DNA of 64,000 nt, taken from the NCBI RefSeq assembly GCF_963921235.1, contig NC_086097.1, positions 219,110,001 to 219,174,000 on the forward strand, written 5' to 3'. The notes beneath the pieces were generated by a model. The model ran no database searches. It saw only the letters and a program-made list of their open reading frames with translations, and had not been told where the DNA came from. The DNA comes from Mobula hypostoma. Taxonomy: Eukaryota. Position 1 is the stretch's first letter, and each line of letters opens with the position of its first letter. A program made the position numbers and the translations under genes. Positions 61,796 to 64,000 of the stretch are shown piece after piece.

Positions 61796-63429
61796 TCTTG
61801 CAGGTTGTGGCTCTTCAAATGCTCACTGAGATATCTTTGAAATGTGAGGAGTTTGCTCTCCACCATTCTCTTAGGCAGAGAGTTCCAGACTAGCATTGCT
61901 CTGTGGCTGGGCCTGTAGTCTCTTGAATATTGCACTTTATGAAGGCAAACACTATGGGTGGAAATATCATCCAAAACTCTTTTGTTGAATGTAGTAAATT
62001 CTCGACCAACAGTGGTAGCAGGCAGACCGGAAAGCAGCTCTGCCTTAAAAATCATATTACATGGCATCTTTAGTTATCAAAAGTACTGTCATTTCTGTTG
62101 AAGGTATTTTCCTCAATACCCCTCTAATTCTACAAATTACCTGTCCTTAGTTAACAACCGCCTTGCCATGGGAAATAATTGGTAATAATTGATCAAGACA
62201 ACACATAAGCACTTGAGTGTAAATTTATTATTGTTTTTGTATTACAATTTATCTTCCATTGACACAAATGCAGAAGAGTTATGAATTTTTTTTGTATTTG
62301 CCTCAGTGTTCCACAGCATTCACATAATACTTCCTGTGCAATGCATGGATGATTAGCTTGGCCATGTTATCAGAAACTTGTAACAACTTGAAGCAAGAAA
62401 CAAGGCACTAAGATAATGAATATTCCTTCTAAACATTTTTACATGGGACATATAGAGAATTGAGAACACATTGTAAGGATAATTCTCTGCAACACAAGCC
62501 CATCAATTGGGTTTCTACACACAGTTTGAAATTGTTCTTCTGAGACTAGAGTCCAATTTTTTTGTGCAAAATTGGTGAGCACAATGACCCCAGCAACAGT
62601 CACCTTCAAATGCCTCTTCTGACATGCTGTATGTATAAGTAGAAGTTAATTCTACTGTTCAGCTTCATTTGTATTGTGACAACTTTTTCTCTGATTGGTG
62701 AAGATTATGAAGACTGTTAGAAAATTTCCATATTGCAGGTTGAAATGGAAACAGTATCAAATTTTTTTTAAGTTAAGGACATGGAGGTAATTTGAGGCAA
62801 GACTGAGGAAGTAAATTCAACCCACCCTTTTTCATTTGTTTACCAACTTATAAATGCCTGTTTTTCTAAAGGAGCTTGTATCCTTGCATTCTGGCAATGT
62901 GTTACAGTAGTCTATCTGATTTTTCTTTAATTACTTAATTTCAGGTACTGAAAGTGATATGTCACTCAGTATACCTGTAAATACACCATTATATTTATAA
63001 TGCATATTTTTTTGGCCAATATCCTGAAAAGTAAATAGGGAAATTCCATGATTTATACCATTTGGTTACATAATGAATTAACATACAACCTCACATTTTT
63101 CTTTACTACAAACTTTGCACTATCCAATTTCATTGTAATTATGTTTTGCTGCATATTTAGCAGTGTTAGTAGCACCAAATCTAAACATTCAGAGCTCTGC
63201 TTCTTCGAGATAAACCAGAATTGTAAAGATTTATTATGATCACTGCCACAAGAGAAGTGGAACAAAAACTTTGCTTTCATTAACGTATTCAATTATTTTC
63301 TCTGAAATTTGTTAGTAACATTCTACTTGGGATTTGGGAGGAGGAAGAAAGAGATCTGGTCTTTTGATGAGGAAGTATAAATTTATTGCTACAGAAAATT
63401 TGCCAGGTCCCTGGATTTGTCTGCAGGTA

Positions 63430-63598
63430 GACTGGAGGAGGTGGATACAATAGAATCTTTTAAGGGATTCTTAAATACGTACATGGAGCTTAGAAAAATA
63501 GAGGTCTATGTGATAGGGAAATTCTAGACAGTTTTGAGAGTAGGCTACATGGTCAGCACAACGTTGTGGGCTGAAGGACCTGTAATGTGCTGTAGATT
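63430..63598 (+). mobile_element. CR1 3' end fragment
   Basis: ggtggatacaatag...tacatggagcttagaaaaatagagg...ggtcagcacaacgttgtgggctgaagg...gtgctgtaga. Confidence 0.65.
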
Positions 63599-64000
63599 AC
63601 TAACTGCTTTAACCCCACCAAGAGGGCAGTGGGTCAACTAGTAGTAGCAAAAGATCTCTGTTGGAAACTGTACATGATTAAGGATTATATGAAGAAAGGA
63701 CAGCATAGAGCTCTGATAATATGCATGGTGAAACAGCCCTCTGGTTTTCCAAGCCTAAAATTACACAGTTCTGCTTATTTTGTCTACTTTATTTGATTTC
63801 TGTGGGAGTATCACAAGTCCATTGTGAGATATCATAGATGATGTTAACATCTGTGTGGAATTTCAATGCTGCAAGGTCTAGATTAATGTACTGGCAAGAT
63901 AATATGGAGTAGCTGGTGTACATTATGGCCTGGTATGGTTTAACTGCCTCAGTACTTGCACCACAAAGCTCACAAACAGTTCCTACCCCTCAATAGAACA

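Noticed and set aside
62945..62976. Possible small exon (tttcag|...|gtaaat)
   Set aside because: Weak donor. The phase-0 translation VLKVICHSVY does not resemble C8orf34, and the TESD-like reading needs a different phase.
1..64000. Prokaryotic-type systems (operons, CRISPR arrays, defence islands)
   Set aside because: The sequence is intron-rich vertebrate DNA. The repeated TIR units at 41100-41855 have homologous rather than unique spacers and are mariner-derived.

Overview
Eukaryotic (vertebrate) genomic DNA. The repeat landscape (CR1/HER1-type LINEs, HE1-like V-SINEs, Rex1/Babar, Penelope, RTE) points to a cartilaginous fish, probably a ray. The window lies inside a large + strand gene that I recognise as a C8orf34 (VEST1) orthologue. 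Three phase-compatible internal coding exons are visible (9464-9599, 30410-30501, 38880-38953). The rest is intron, more than half of it decayed and often nested transposable elements: CR1, Rex1/Babar, RTE/RTE-X, L1, Penelope, Tigger- and mariner-derived MITEs, tRNA-SINEs and a solo LTR. Nearly all ORFs in the supplied track are TE fragments or their antisense shadows. The most unusual item is a 177-bp GC-rich piece of a different gene (ZFTRAF1/CYHR1 N-terminal coding region) at 55431-55607. It is exactly circularly permuted and sits inside a small TSD-flanked retroposon, the pattern expected from integration of a nucleosome-sized DNA circle. Also notable: minimal hammerhead ribozyme motifs in Penelope repeats, a fold-back mariner MITE, and a nonsense codon shared by two Rex1 copies. 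Family and gene assignments come from motif recognition and recalled protein sequences, not database searches. Boundaries of old repeats are approximate.
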